Source of the DNA: a virus
Length of the DNA stretch: 64,000 bases
IMG/VR virus record: IMGVR_UViG_3300046706_000011
Coordinates: 26,507 to 90,506 of that record
Direction: 5' to 3' (one strand)
The translations under genes and the position numbers were made by a program. Positions 42,156 through 53,000 of this stretch are shown here, piece after piece. Each line of letters opens with the position of its first letter. Position 1 is the stretch's first letter. Under the pieces are notes generated by a model, which made no database searches, was not told where the DNA came from, and was given only the letters and a program-made list of their open reading frames with translations.

Positions 42156-45100
42156 GCAACCTTGACCTCGCCCTGGAGTTCGATGTCGTAGGCCACGGTC
42201 CCCGTCAGCCAGACCACGCCGGACACGTCGGCGGCGTGCGGGCTGATGGCCCGGCCGGCGAGCGCCGTCCGGCACGGGGGAAGGCGCGCCGCCGAGAGCA
42301 CGGTGAACTGGGGCCGGGCGGCGGACCCGACGGACGCGACCGCCGTCCGGGGAACGGTCGCCGTGGAGGTCCCCTGGAACTGCGGGGTGGTCGCGGTCCC
42401 GGTGGCCGAGGCCCTGGCCGGGGGCACGGCGGCGGCCGACGCGGCGGTGACCGGGACGGGGCGGCGGGTCGCCGCGGCGGACGACCGCGCGAACGGGACG
42501 ACGTTGGACCCGGCGCCCGACCGGTCCGGGATGGTGCGCGCGGCCGAGGCCTCGGCCCGGGCCTTCGGCACCGTCGCGGACGACGGGCCGGAGGTCCCGG
42601 GAAGCGCCGCGAAGCCGGTGGCGGCGGCCGAGGGCCGGGGAAGCGTGGACGGCGACGAACCGGTGCGGGCCGGGTGCGCACGCAGGGCGGTCGCGGCCGA
42701 CCGGGCGGCCGGGACGGCGGCGGCGGCGGCGGCGGTCCTGGGGGGTATCGTGCGCGCCGCGGCGGCGGTCGCCCCCGCCCTCGGGACGGTTCCCTGGGAG
42801 GTGCCGGCGATGCCCGGCGATGTCCGGGACCCCGTCGCGGCGGCCGAGGGCCGGGGAAGCGTGGACGGCGACGAACCGGTCCGGGCGGGGATGGTGCGCA
42901 GGGCGGTCGCGGCCGACGCCGCCGCCGGCACGGTTCCCTGGGAGGCCCCGGAGATGCCGGGGGCCGACCGGGACGCGGTCGCCGACGTCGCGGCCCGCGG
43001 CACGGCGGACGGGGACGTGCCGGTGACGGGCGGGATGGTCCTCAGGGCGGCGGACGCCGTCGTCGGGACCGGCACGGCGGCGGACGCGGCCCCGGTGCGG
43101 GCCGGGGCGGCGCGCGTCGCCGTCGCCGCGGCCGAGGCCTTCGGGAGGGTGGCCGCCCCGGTCGCCGTGCGGGCCGGGATGGTGCGCAGGGCGGTCGCGT
43201 CCGCCTGGGCGGCCGGGACGGCGGAGGCCGCGACGCCCGTGGTGTTCGTCGGCGCCGCCCCGGCCGCCGCCGCGAGGTGGGCGGCCATGCGGCCGGTGGA
43301 CAGGACCTTGTCGTAGACCGCGAGTTCCGCGACCAGGCCGACCCAGGGCCGGAAGTCGAGGTAGCCGGCGAGGAGCGGGTTGGCCGTCCCGAGGTTGACC
43401 GTGGTCGCGGAGGCCAGGACTTGGCTCGCGTTCACGTACGCCTTGAGCGGCGTGGTCGCGTCGGTCGGGTCGTAGGTGACGTGGACGAGCTGCCAGACCC
43501 CGTGCCCGGGGCCGGTCCACGTCGCGTTGGGACCGTAGGTGTTGACCGAGTACGCCGTCGCGCTGTCCGTGTGGCACAGCGCCATGTACTGGCCGCCGCT
43601 CTTGCTCCCGATCTCCCAGGCGCCGACGTAGGTGGAGCCGAGGCCGTCCGCCCGGACCCAGCACTCGATGGTCTTGGCCTTCGTGCCGTCGATGCCGAGC
43701 GCGGTCGCGGTCGCGGAGGTGGAGGTGACGTAGTCGCCGTCGCCGACGAACTCGAAGGCGGTCGAGGCGGTGGGCTGCCCGGACAGGGGGCCGGCGGCGG
43801 ATCGGTTCGCCGTCGTCAACCCGCTGGTCGTGGCCGTGAACCCGTTCCCGGAAGCGTCGGGGACCGTCCCGGTCGTGGTATCGAAGCGCCAGAACAGGCG
43901 CGGGGCGTCGGCGAGGACTTCGGCGGCGTAGCCCTGGGACGGCGGGGCCGACCGGGCGCCGAGGGTCGAGGTGGTCGCCTTGGGGACCGTCGCGGGCGAT
44001 GCCGCCGTGCGCGCCGGGATGGTGCGTGTCGCCGCCGAGGCCGTGGACGCCATGGGGACGGTCGCCCCGGATGACGCCGTGCGCGTCGGGACTGCACGGG
44101 CCGCCGTCGCCGCCGTGGAACCCCTGGGGAGGATGGACTGGACCGACCCCACGGTGCCGGGGACTCCCCGGAGACCGGTCGCCGAGGCCCTGGCCGGGGG
44201 CGCGGCGGCGGACGACGCGGCGGTGCGGGCCGGGATCGTGCGGGTCGCCGCCGAGGCCGTGGAACCCATGGGGGCCGTGGCGCTCCCCGTGCCGGTCCGG
44301 GCCGGGACCGTCCGGGCCGCCGCCGCCGTGGCCGTGGCCTTCGGCGCGGTCGCGGCCCCGGTCGCCGTGCGGGCCGGGATGGTGCGGGACCCGGTCGCGG
44401 CGGCCGTCGCCTTGGGCACGGTCGCGGCACCCGTCGCGACTCGGCCCGTCGCGCCCAAGGTGCCGAACTCCGACGTGAACTCGCTGGTGAACTCGTCGCC
44501 CGTCCCGGAGCCGGAGAGCCGGAGGACCGGGTCGGCGTCGTAGGCCGCGACCTGGGAGGCGTCCCAGGCGACCCCGGGGACGACGCCGACCTCGTAGATC
44601 CGGCCCTGGAAGTTCCAGCGGTCGGCGGCGATGGCCATGCGGCCGATGTCGAACGCGGCGGTGTCGAGGGTGTTGAGCGCGGCGACGAACTGCTGGCGCA
44701 GCGTCCCGTCCACGTAGGTCCTCAGCGTGGTCCCGTCGTAGGTCAGGACCGCCGTGTGGACGGTGTTGACCGTCGGCGTGATTGCGATCTCGGCGTTCTG
44801 CGGGGTCGTGCCGGTGTTCGCCAGCCACAGGTCGGACGGCGGGTTGGTCGGGCTGGCCTGCCGGAAGGAGAGGAAGCTGCCGGCGCCGCTTCCGCCGTAG
44901 TGGAACAGGCCGCCCGTGTAGGTCCCCAGCGTCGCGTCGTTGGCGTAGGCCTGGCTGCTCGCCCTGAACCGGCAGAACACGGTCCGCGTCGCGCCGCCGC
45001 CGGCACCGAGCGCGGTCCCGGACAGGCCGGTGGCGGCGTAGCTGTTGATGTTCTTGGCGCAGGACAGGTAGGCGCCGAGGGCGTCGGTCGCGCGCGCGGC

Positions 45101-46129
45101 GGCGGACTGGATCGTGGCGTTCCCGGTCCCCGGGGCGGCGAGGTTGACGGCGGCGCCGGAAGTCTCCTGGAAGGCCCAGTAGCCGGTCGCGCCGGCCATC
45201 TGCCCGGTGCGGGCCAGCACCAGGGTCCCGGCCGGCTTGGCGGCCGAGCGGTTGGGAACCCCCGTCCGGGCGGCGGCGCCGGCGGCGGACGGGCGCGGGC
45301 AGGAGGCCGCCGCCGCGCCGCTCCTCGCGGACGACAGGGCGAGGGCGGCGAACGAGAACGACCGGGCCGAGACCGGGCGGAGGAACTGGTAGGGCGCCCT
45401 GTGGAGTTCCCGGTGCTCGGCGTCGGACAGGGTCCGGTTCCACAGCCCGGCCCAGTACAGCATGCCGTTCACGCTCTCGCCGGGGGACTTGGCGCTGCGG
45501 TTGAGCAGCGAGACGGTGTCCCCGGTGCTGAACAGGACCGGCCCGGAGGTCAGCGAGTTGACGTCGATGGGGAGCGGGACGCCGTTCTGGTAGAAGGCGG
45601 CGGCGGTCCCGTTGGCCGACGCCGCGAGGGTCGAGCGCCCGGTCAGCGCGACCGCGCCGTCCGCCGGGGCGAAGGTGGTGTTGGATGTCGTGTTCTGGGC
45701 GACGAACACGCCGATGCGCGACCCCGTGCTGCTGCGCACCAGGGCGAGGGTCGAGAACGGCGCCGTGAACGTGTTGAACCGGTACGGGATCGACAGGTAC
45801 TTCGTCGTGACCGCCGAGGTCCGCACGTCGGCGTGGACCGCGATCGTGTAGGCGGTCGCGATCGTCTTGGCCGTCGCCGACAGCGGGTGGTACCAGCCCG
45901 TGGTGCTGGCGGACGACGGGCTGTTGAACCCCCGCCCCCCGGCCCCGGTCGCGATGCGCGACGTGGTCGAGATCGGGAGCGCCGGGGACCCCGACACGAG
46001 GTCGGGCGCGTTGGCCTCGTTCCCGACCGCGAAGTACACGAGGCCGCGCGCCAGCGGGTGCGCCCAGTCCACCTGGACGGGACCCTGGGGCTGCTGCGCC
46101 CAGCGGGACGGGAGGATCAGGGCGGGCAT
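42152..46129 (-). CDS. 1325-aa virion fibre with three LamG/ConA-like domains and ~24-aa Ala/Thr/Ser repeats
   Basis: WNRTLSDAE, HTAVLTYDGTTL..YVDG and WQLVHVTYD..ELAVYDKVLS motifs, with RTIPARTATGAAT.PKA repeats. Confidence 0.75.
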   Translation of the reverse strand: MPALILPSRWAQQPQGPVQVDWAHPLARGLVYFAVGNEANAPDLVSGSPALPISTTSRIATGAGGRGFNSPSSASTTGWYHPLSATAKTIATAYTIAVHADVRTSAVTTKYLSIPYRFNTFTAPFSTLALVRSSTGSRIGVFVAQNTTSNTTFAPADGAVALTGRSTLAASANGTAAAFYQNGVPLPIDVNSLTSGPVLFSTGDTVSLLNRSAKSPGESVNGMLYWAGLWNRTLSDAEHRELHRAPYQFLRPVSARSFSFAALALSSARSGAAAASCPRPSAAGAAARTGVPNRSAAKPAGTLVLARTGQMAGATGYWAFQETSGAAVNLAAPGTGNATIQSAAARATDALGAYLSCAKNINSYAATGLSGTALGAGGGATRTVFCRFRASSQAYANDATLGTYTGGLFHYGGSGAGSFLSFRQASPTNPPSDLWLANTGTTPQNAEIAITPTVNTVHTAVLTYDGTTLRTYVDGTLRQQFVAALNTLDTAAFDIGRMAIAADRWNFQGRIYEVGVVPGVAWDASQVAAYDADPVLRLSGSGTGDEFTSEFTSEFGTLGATGRVATGAATVPKATAAATGSRTIPARTATGAATAPKATATAAAARTVPARTGTGSATAPMGSTASAATRTIPARTAASSAAAPPARASATGLRGVPGTVGSVQSILPRGSTAATAARAVPTRTASSGATVPMASTASAATRTIPARTAASPATVPKATTSTLGARSAPPSQGYAAEVLADAPRLFWRFDTTTGTVPDASGNGFTATTSGLTTANRSAAGPLSGQPTASTAFEFVGDGDYVTSTSATATALGIDGTKAKTIECWVRADGLGSTYVGAWEIGSKSGGQYMALCHTDSATAYSVNTYGPNATWTGPGHGVWQLVHVTYDPTDATTPLKAYVNASQVLASATTVNLGTANPLLAGYLDFRPWVGLVAELAVYDKVLSTGRMAAHLAAAAGAAPTNTTGVAASAVPAAQADATALRTIPARTATGAATLPKASAAATATRAAPARTGAASAAVPVPTTASAALRTIPPVTGTSPSAVPRAATSATASRSAPGISGASQGTVPAAASAATALRTIPARTGSSPSTLPRPSAAATGSRTSPGIAGTSQGTVPRAGATAAAARTIPPRTAAAAAAVPAARSAATALRAHPARTGSSPSTLPRPSAAATGFAALPGTSGPSSATVPKARAEASAARTIPDRSGAGSNVVPFARSSAAATRRPVPVTAASAAAVPPARASATGTATTPQFQGTSTATVPRTAVASVGSAARPQFTVLSAARLPPCRTALAGRAISPHAADVSGVVWLTGTVAYDIELQGEVKVA

Positions 46130-46135
46130 GGGCGC

Positions 46136-46564
46136 CTACGCCGACTGGGCCGAGGCGCCCAGGTAGGAGGCCGTCCCGGCGGTCAGGGCCGCGCCGGTCG
46201 AGTTCTTCACGCGGACCTGGAGGTAGGGCGGCACCGTTCCGCCGAAGGCCGTGGCGACGGGCAGGATGCGCTTGTAGGTCCCGGCCCCGGCGGCGGCCAG
46301 CGCGAGCGAGCCGAGCCAGCGGTCGTTGGCGTCGTCGTCGAAGTCGCTGTTGTCGATCGACGCCTTGCCGTAGACCTCGACGATGCCGGTGGCCGTGGCG
46401 CCGCTCGCGGTCGTCACGACGACCTCGACCAGGAGGTCCACGTACAGGTTCGCGGTGTTGTCGATGGCGGCCGAGGTCGCCGAGCTGCCGTTGGCGAGCG
46501 TGGCGAGGCCGGTGACGGTGAGGGACTGGGCGGCGGCGTACTGGAGCTTAAGCGTCTGGGGCAC
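46136..46564 (-). CDS. small beta-rich virion protein
   Basis: TLANG..ATS.AIDNT.NLY.D, within the fibre cluster. Confidence 0.6.
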   Translation of the reverse strand: MPQTLKLQYAAAQSLTVTGLATLANGSSATSAAIDNTANLYVDLLVEVVVTTASGATATGIVEVYGKASIDNSDFDDDANDRWLGSLALAAAGAGTYKRILPVATAFGGTVPPYLQVRVKNSTGAALTAGTASYLGASAQSA

Positions 46565-47018
46565 GGCGGGCCTCCGCGACGTCGAGGTGGTGGACCGGGC
46601 CGAGGCCGAGCTCGGCGGCGCGGCTGACCGTCGCGTCGCCGAGCGCCATCATGTCGGCCTTGTGCTGCGCCGTCATGGCCCCGGCCGCCACCATCGTGTC
46701 GAGCATGCCGGACACGGCGGCGCGGATCTCGGGCTCGTCCATGCGGATCTCGTCGAAGCTGTTGGGCGCGAGGGTCTGGAGGATGGTGACCGCGGTTCCC
46801 CGGTGGAAGTCGTCGGGGGCGTTGGCCGCGACCGCCTGGACGGCGGGCCAGATGCCGTGGAGCAGGACGTAGCGACGGACGTCCACCGTGCGCACGACCT
46901 GCCGGCCGGGCCGGGACGGGGCGTTGAGGGCGTCCGCCGCCTCGGCGTCGGACAGGGCGGCGTAGCCGAGGCCCAGGGGGTCGTCGGCCAGCTCTCGGGC
47001 CAGGGCGGGGATGTCCAT
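46548..47018 (-). CDS. phage protein (fibre chaperone-like)
   Basis: L..EL..DPLGLGY..SD..AA..LN and C-terminal SRA.ELGLG.V. Confidence 0.6.
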   Translation of the reverse strand: MDIPALARELADDPLGLGYAALSDAEAADALNAPSRPGRQVVRTVDVRRYVLLHGIWPAVQAVAANAPDDFHRGTAVTILQTLAPNSFDEIRMDEPEIRAAVSGMLDTMVAAGAMTAQHKADMMALGDATVSRAAELGLGPVHHLDVAEARRAPDA

Positions 47019-47030
47019 GCGGGGATGGTC

Positions 47031-48599
47031 CTAGGTTTCGGTGTAGGTGACGTTGCCGGCGAGGGCGTTCCCGGTCCCGCCGCCGTTGGCGACGCCGCCC
47101 GCGTTCCGGATGACGTTGTAGGCGCAGGCGGTGTAGGTGCAGCCGAACAGGTCGATGCCGTCGCCGGTCGTGTCGCTGACGGCGTTGCCGACGACGCTGA
47201 GGCCGACGAGGTTGATGGCGAGGATGCCGGGGTCGGCCCCCGTGCCGGAGACGACGTTGTTGGCGACGGTGCCGACCTTGATCCCGACGCCCAGGTCCTC
47301 CAGCCGGATGCCGGCGGCGGCGGTGCCGGACACCTTGTTGGCGGCGACGACGACCTCGGTGGAGTCGTTGACGAGGATGCCGTTCGCGCCGACGCCGTCG
47401 ATCACGTTGCCGGTCACCGTGACGCCGTCCGCGTTGCCGACGTAGATGCCTTCCAGGGAGGCCGCGTTGCCCCGGACCGTGTTGCCGGTGATCGCGTAGT
47501 GCTTGGCGCGGACGGTGCCGTCCACCCCGGAGGTGCCGATGCCGCGCCCGACGCCGGTCAGGTCGATGGTGTTCCCGGTGATCGAGACCATCTCGACGGC
47601 GCCCCAGGTCGAGATGGCGGCTTGGTCGGGCGAGTACGACCCGCCCGAGTGGTCGGTGGCGGCGCGGTCGAAGATGACGGTGTTCCCGGTGATCGCGACG
47701 CCGTGGGTGGTGATGGCGCAGATGCCCCACCAGGAGTTCCCCGCGACGACGTTCCCGGAGATCGAGACGTCGGCGACGCTCTCGGTGACGATGCCGCGCC
47801 GGTAGTGCCCGAGGACGACGTTCCCGGCGATGGTGGTCGCGCGGTCCCGGTAGGTCGGCGTCTGGTCCGGGCTGGCCTCCGGGAGCGCCTCGGTGTGGAT
47901 GCCGATGCGCCCGTCCTGCCCGGCCTTGAGCGAGACGACGTTGTTGGTGATGGTCGCGCCGTAGCCCCAGGTGACGATGCCGTCGCCCCGGTCCTCGCCG
48001 TCGGTGTCGGTGGTGTCCGCGGGACCCAGCCCGGCGCCGAGCATGTCGAGCAGGAAGTTGCCCGAGATGACGTGCCCGCCGTGCTCGCCCGTGTAGGGAT
48101 CGACCGCGATGCCGTCGATCCAGCTGACGATGGTGTTGTCCACGACCCGGACGTTCGACGCGAAGATGCGGATGCACGAGGCGTTGCCGAACGCGGTGGT
48201 CCGGTCGGACAGCAGGTCGGGGTTCTCGAAGCGGAGGCCCTGGACGGTGCAGCCGGCGGCGCGGACCTCCAGGGCGTGGGTGGTGGCCATGGTGGACGTG
48301 CGGACCTGGATGACGCCGCCCGCGCCGAGGAACCTCTGCTTGGCGGTGGCCATGGTCAGCTTGTTGGTGATCCGGTAGGTCCCGGCGGGCAGGACCACGT
48401 CCTTGCCGGTGGCGAGCGCGGCGTTGACGGCCGCCGTGTCGTCGGTCGTGCCGTCGCCCGCCGCGCCGTGGCTCCGGACGGAGACCGCGCCCAGCCCCTC
48501 CGCCGTGTCGAGGAAGTCCTGGATGTCGCCGGCCGAGATGCCGCCGGCCACGCCGGTCGGCATCAGGGCCTTGAGTTCGGCGAAGGTCCTGGCGGTCAT
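47031..48599 (-). CDS. right-handed beta-helix (pectate-lyase-like) spike/depolymerase
   Basis: VSVRSHGAAGDGTTDDTAAV.AA...G..V.LP.GTY.I, followed by many I(T/S)GN PbH1 repeats. Confidence 0.85.
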   Translation of the reverse strand: MTARTFAELKALMPTGVAGGISAGDIQDFLDTAEGLGAVSVRSHGAAGDGTTDDTAAVNAALATGKDVVLPAGTYRITNKLTMATAKQRFLGAGGVIQVRTSTMATTHALEVRAAGCTVQGLRFENPDLLSDRTTAFGNASCIRIFASNVRVVDNTIVSWIDGIAVDPYTGEHGGHVISGNFLLDMLGAGLGPADTTDTDGEDRGDGIVTWGYGATITNNVVSLKAGQDGRIGIHTEALPEASPDQTPTYRDRATTIAGNVVLGHYRRGIVTESVADVSISGNVVAGNSWWGICAITTHGVAITGNTVIFDRAATDHSGGSYSPDQAAISTWGAVEMVSITGNTIDLTGVGRGIGTSGVDGTVRAKHYAITGNTVRGNAASLEGIYVGNADGVTVTGNVIDGVGANGILVNDSTEVVVAANKVSGTAAAGIRLEDLGVGIKVGTVANNVVSGTGADPGILAINLVGLSVVGNAVSDTTGDGIDLFGCTYTACAYNVIRNAGGVANGGGTGNALAGNVTYTET

Positions 48600-48624
48600 C
48601 GGCCCGCTCCCGCGTGCGCCGCCG

Positions 48625-49038
48625 TCACGCGGTCGGCTGGGTGATGGTCAGGGACGAGATCGAGACGTTGCCGCCCGCGATGATGTCGGTGGCGTTCAGG
48701 TTGAGCTGCTGGCCGGTGGTCCCCGCGGTGCCCTGGTAGACGACGGTCGTCCCGTTGGACTGGAAGAGGCGGAAGAAGCTCGCGGTCCCGGAGGAATCGG
48801 CCGAGCTGTCGGCGGTGATGGCGTTGGCGGTCGCGACCCGGTCCGAGCCGCTGGCGGCGGGCGCCCCGAAGGCGGTCGCGGACAGGGTCAGCTCGGCGAG
48901 CAGGGTGTTGCCCGAGAGCGCGGTGTTGGCGGTCGCGGGCTCGGTCCCGGAATAGATGCGCAGGAGGCCGCTGTTGCACAGCGCGGTCAGGGCGTTGAGC
49001 ATGGCGTCGGCGGCGGTGGTGGTCAGCTTCATGGCCAT
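48625..49038 (-). CDS. small virion structural protein
   Basis: LRIYSGT.PATA..A..G.TLLA, GTA.FFR and C-terminal V.ISS.TIT pattern of phage fibre-cluster proteins. Confidence 0.7.
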   Translation of the reverse strand: MAMKLTTTAADAMLNALTALCNSGLLRIYSGTEPATANTALSGNTLLAELTLSATAFGAPAASGSDRVATANAITADSSADSSGTASFFRLFQSNGTTVVYQGTAGTTGQQLNLNATDIIAGGNVSISSLTITQPTA

Positions 49039-49059
49039 GGTGGCGGGCTCCGGTCATGG

Positions 49060-49081
49060 AAAAGGCCGCCGGGGGCGGCCT
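49060..49081 (-). terminator. possible terminator hairpin
   Basis: Minus strand GGCCGCC-CCC-GGCGGCC followed by TTTT. Confidence 0.45.
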
Positions 49082-49106
49082 CGGGGGTGGAGGAAGGGGC
49101 CTGGGC

Positions 49107-49484
49107 TCAGGGTTGCGGGTCCGGTCCCGGCGGGACGGGGTCCGCCTGGCCTACCAGCGGTAGGCCACTGGGCGGCTCGGGCGAGCAGACCAGCCGCAGG
49201 TACCGGCCGCGCAGGACCGGGTCGGCGGCGCGCGGGTCGGTGACGTGCCGGACCCGGTAGGTCGTGCCGTCGAACTCGACCGCCATGCCGGGCTTGGCGC
49301 CGCGCACGGCCGCGCAGACGATCTGGTGCGAGGCGCCGAAGCGCGCGGCGTCCTCGGGCTTGAGGGGCGTGCACGACGCGCCGACCCGGCGGCCGGCGAG
49401 CGTGATCTCGCGCCGGCCGCTGTCGGCGTAGCGCTGGTCCTGGACCGGGACCGAGTAGGGGACGGGAGCTTGGTCGTCGGTCAT
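49107..49484 (-). CDS. hypothetical protein (head-closure-like beta barrel) with Pro-rich tail
   Basis: SHQI, PGM.VEFDG.TYRV..V.DP, YLRL.C; ATGA coupling. Confidence 0.5.
   Translation of the reverse strand: MTDDQAPVPYSVPVQDQRYADSGRREITLAGRRVGASCTPLKPEDAARFGASHQIVCAAVRGAKPGMAVEFDGTTYRVRHVTDPRAADPVLRGRYLRLVCSPEPPSGLPLVGQADPVPPGPDPQP
49147..49167. repeat. 21-bp palindrome TGGCCTACC-AGC-GGTAGGCCA, copy 1 of 4
   Basis: Seen directly. Confidence 0.9.
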
Positions 49485-49957
49485 GTCGTCGCCTGCCCGA
49501 GCTGGCGGATGGGGAGGGACACGGTCCGCTCGAAGACCTGGCCGCCCATGGCGGTGACGGTGCTGGTCAGGCGGTGGGTCTCGCCGGCGCCGTTCCAGCG
49601 CGGACTGGCCTTCTCGGCGTCGGCGACCTTGAACCAGACCGAGACGTTCTTCTGGTCGTTGGTGGTCGCGTGGATGAGCAGGCCGGCGGTGACCGCGACC
49701 GGGTCCAGGGCCAGGACGGAGGTCGCGATGCGGTCCCCGATGCCGTCCATCTCGACCGCCCAGTTGATCGTGTAGACCTTCAGCTCGGACGGGTCGAGGG
49801 GCGAGGGGAAGGCGACCGTCCCGGTGCCGTTTCCGGCGTCGGCGGTGCGCCACGGGGGGGCTAGGACGTGGACCACGGCTCCGTCGTCTCCTGTCAACAA
49901 GATCTTGCCGGCTGTCTGGGTGCGCAGGTATCCGCCCTGGAGGAGCAGCAGTGCCAT
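49481..49957 (-). CDS. fibre adaptor-like protein
   Basis: AAGGA RBS, LDPSE...Y.INW, V.VW and T...GQ..ERT..L.I patterns. Confidence 0.6.
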   Translation of the reverse strand: MALLLLQGGYLRTQTAGKILLTGDDGAVVHVLAPPWRTADAGNGTGTVAFPSPLDPSELKVYTINWAVEMDGIGDRIATSVLALDPVAVTAGLLIHATTNDQKNVSVWFKVADAEKASPRWNGAGETHRLTSTVTAMGGQVFERTVSLPIRQLGQATT

Positions 49958-50007
49958 GGTGCGCGTCCTTCGGCAGTGGTCCCCGCCCACCGGGGCCGGG
50001 GAGGATG

Positions 50008-53000
50008 TCAGACGATGATGATGTCCATGGGCGACGGCACCGCCGGGACGGCGGGCGTCGCGGAGGCCGGCCCCACGGCGAGGAGCGGGGCCGAGACCGC
50101 CGTCAGGGTGGCCGCGCCCGCGATCGAGGGCTCGGCCGCGCCCTCCTGCGACATCGGCCAGTGGTAGGTCGGGAAGAACCCGGGCACCTCGTTGGGCCGG
50201 GTCCCGGCGGCGAGCGCCTGGAGCTGCGCGTCGGTCGGGATGGTCCCGGAGCACCAGATCCAGTCCGAGTAGCTGGCCGGCGCGAACCCGGAGGCCGGGT
50301 TTCCGACCCGCGCGCCGAGCTGGAGGACTTGGCAGACCGAGGTGGCCTGGAGGCTCGGGACCGTGCCGGTCCTGGTCGTCGGCTTGGTCGCGCCCCAGAC
50401 GACCTGGACGTCGGCGGTGGACGTGGCGATGACGCCGATGTAGTACCAGGAGCCCACGGCGACGTCGGCGGTGCCGGAGCTTTCCCGGTAGCTCGACCCG
50501 TCCGGGAGGATCGAGGAGGCGAAGACCTTGGTGGCGGTCCCGGTCCCGGTGACGAGGCGGACCCGCCCGGCCCCGGCCCCGCCGGGCGCCGCCGTCAGCC
50601 CGAAGTCGGCGACGTAGACGCCCCCGACCGTCGCGGTGTCGAACCGTATCCAGCCCCCGACGTACCACGAGTAGTTCGCGGTCCGCAGCCCGAGCGACAG
50701 GGCGTTGAGCTGGAAATACTGGGTCGTGCCGTTGAGCCGGCGCGCGGTCCGCGAGGACGGGAGCACCCGCTCGACCGACACGGCGTTGACGGAGGACGTC
50801 CCGGTGCCGGTCCGTTGGAACTGGACCCAGGTCGTCGAGGCCGCGGCGGTGAACGCGACGCGGTTCGACCCCGCGGCGGCCGAGGCCGCCGCCACGGTCT
50901 CGGCGCCGCCCGCCGTCGTCCCGACCGAGACCACGGGCAGGACCGCGGCGGCCAGCACCTCGAACGTCAGCCAGTAGGTCCCCCCGGGCACGGTCGCGAA
51001 CGACTGGCGGGCGTAGGTCGCGCCGGTCGCGACCCCGTTGATCGTCACGGTCGCGCCGCCCGTGGCGGTCCCCGCGCCGCCGGTCGTCCAGCTCCCGGCC
51101 GCGACCAGGTTCCCGCTCGGCGCGTCGCGCAGGAGCCGGATCTCGACGATCCGCACGGTCCCGGACACCGGCAGGGTGAACGCGCCGTCCGTCACGGCCA
51201 GGGGCGTCAGGGCGGTGCCGACGTTGGGCTGGTTGACCGAGGCCGCCGCCATGCCCGGCACGGCGACGGTGACCGACTGGTCGGCGGCGACGCTCTCCAC
51301 CTTGGTGTCCGGGTTGTATTCCTGCTTGCCGAGCCAGAGCGCGAGGTAGTAGTTCCCGTTCCGCTTCTGCATGAGCGCGGTGTAGGCGTCGGTGGTGGCG
51401 CCGGTCACGGCGACGTCGAGCGGGACCGTGGCGAAGGACGCCCCGGGGTCGCGCAGGAGGGCGGTCAGGTTCTTGACCGCGGCGAAGGCCGCCTTGGGCG
51501 TCCCGTCGGGCTGGAGCAGGCCGAAGTTGTGGGCGAAGTTCAGCGGGTCGGTGCCCTGGTCGAGGAGGTCGTAGAGGTAGGAGCGGACGATGTCGCGGTG
51601 GAAGTAGTTGAAGAGGAACAGGCGCGGCATGTACTTCGCGACCACGGCCTCCGGGGCGCCCTTGTGGCCCGAGGTCGAGTCCACCGCGTCGTGCCAGCCG
51701 CACTCGCAGTTGAACAACGGCTTCGCCGGGCCGCAGGCCACGCGGGCGACGTTGTGGATCTGGTAGTCGATGCCGCCGTTGGCGTATCCGTTGAGCACCG
51801 AGCCGAAGCCGCCGCCCTCCGGGTGGCGCCCGCTGTAGGCGATGCGGAGGTTCCCGTAGTCCAGGGAGGCCGACAGGTTCCCGACCGCGGCGGCGGTGGC
51901 CGGGTCGGGCAGGCTCGGGCCGACGACGGGGATCGCGGCGGTCGCGGCGTCGCCCTTGAGCCGGGCGTAGAGGGACTGCTGGTAGGCGGCGGACGTGGCG
52001 GCGAGGTTGTTCGTGGTCGTTATGTAGTTGCCCTCGACGCTCGACGCCCGGGGCGCGCCGATGGTGGCGGCGACGAAGCCGTGGACCTGGTCTGCGGTCT
52101 GGAGGGTTGAGTCGGCGAGGAATCCGGCCCGGACCCCGGAGTTGGCGTTGAGGTCCTGGACGCGGGTGGCGAGCGTGGCGTTGGCGAGGGCGACGGGCTC
52201 CCGGACGTGCCGGATGCCGGCCTCGGCCAGCCGGGGCTTGACGACGGTCTCGTAGACCGGGCTGTAGGCGGCGGCCGTCATCCGGGTGTTGACCCCGATG
52301 GAGTCCACGAAGGCGTCGGCCGGGCCGAACGCCCTCGGGGCGGCGGTGCGCAGGCGGACGATCCGGACGTTGCCGTCCAGGGACAGGGGGACCGAGGCGT
52401 TCGCGATCGTCAGGTTGGCGAAGTTGGCGTCGGTGTTGGGCACGTTGACCGCGGCGGCGGCGAGGCCGGGGACGGCCAGCGTGACGGCCTGGGGCGCGGC
52501 GGCCGTCTCGACCTTGGTGTCGGGGTTGCTTTCCTGCTTGCCGACCCAGAGCGCGAGGTAGAACAGGCCGGTGCGCTTCTGCATGAGCGCCGAGAACACG
52601 TTCGTGGTGACGCCGGACAGGGTGAAGGCGAGCGGGTCGGGGACGAATTCCGGCCCTGGGTCCTTCAGGACGGCGATCAGGTTCTTGAGCGCGGTCCCGG
52701 AGGCCTTGAGCGTGCCGTCCGAGCGGACGAGCCCGAAGGCGCGCTCGATGTCGAGGCTCCGGGACGGCTCGTCGAGCAGCTCGTACATGTAGGACCGGAC
52801 GACGGCCTTGTGGAAGTAGTGGTAGAGGAACATGCGCGGCATGTAACGCGCGACCAGGTTCGCCGGGGTGCCCGTGTGGCCGCTGGTGGAGTTGATCGCG
52901 TCGTGCCAGCCGCACTCGGTGGCGATGATCGGCTTGTTCCCGCAGGTGACCCGCCCGACGTTGATGACCGTGTAGTCGAGCGAGCCGTTGGCGACCCCGT

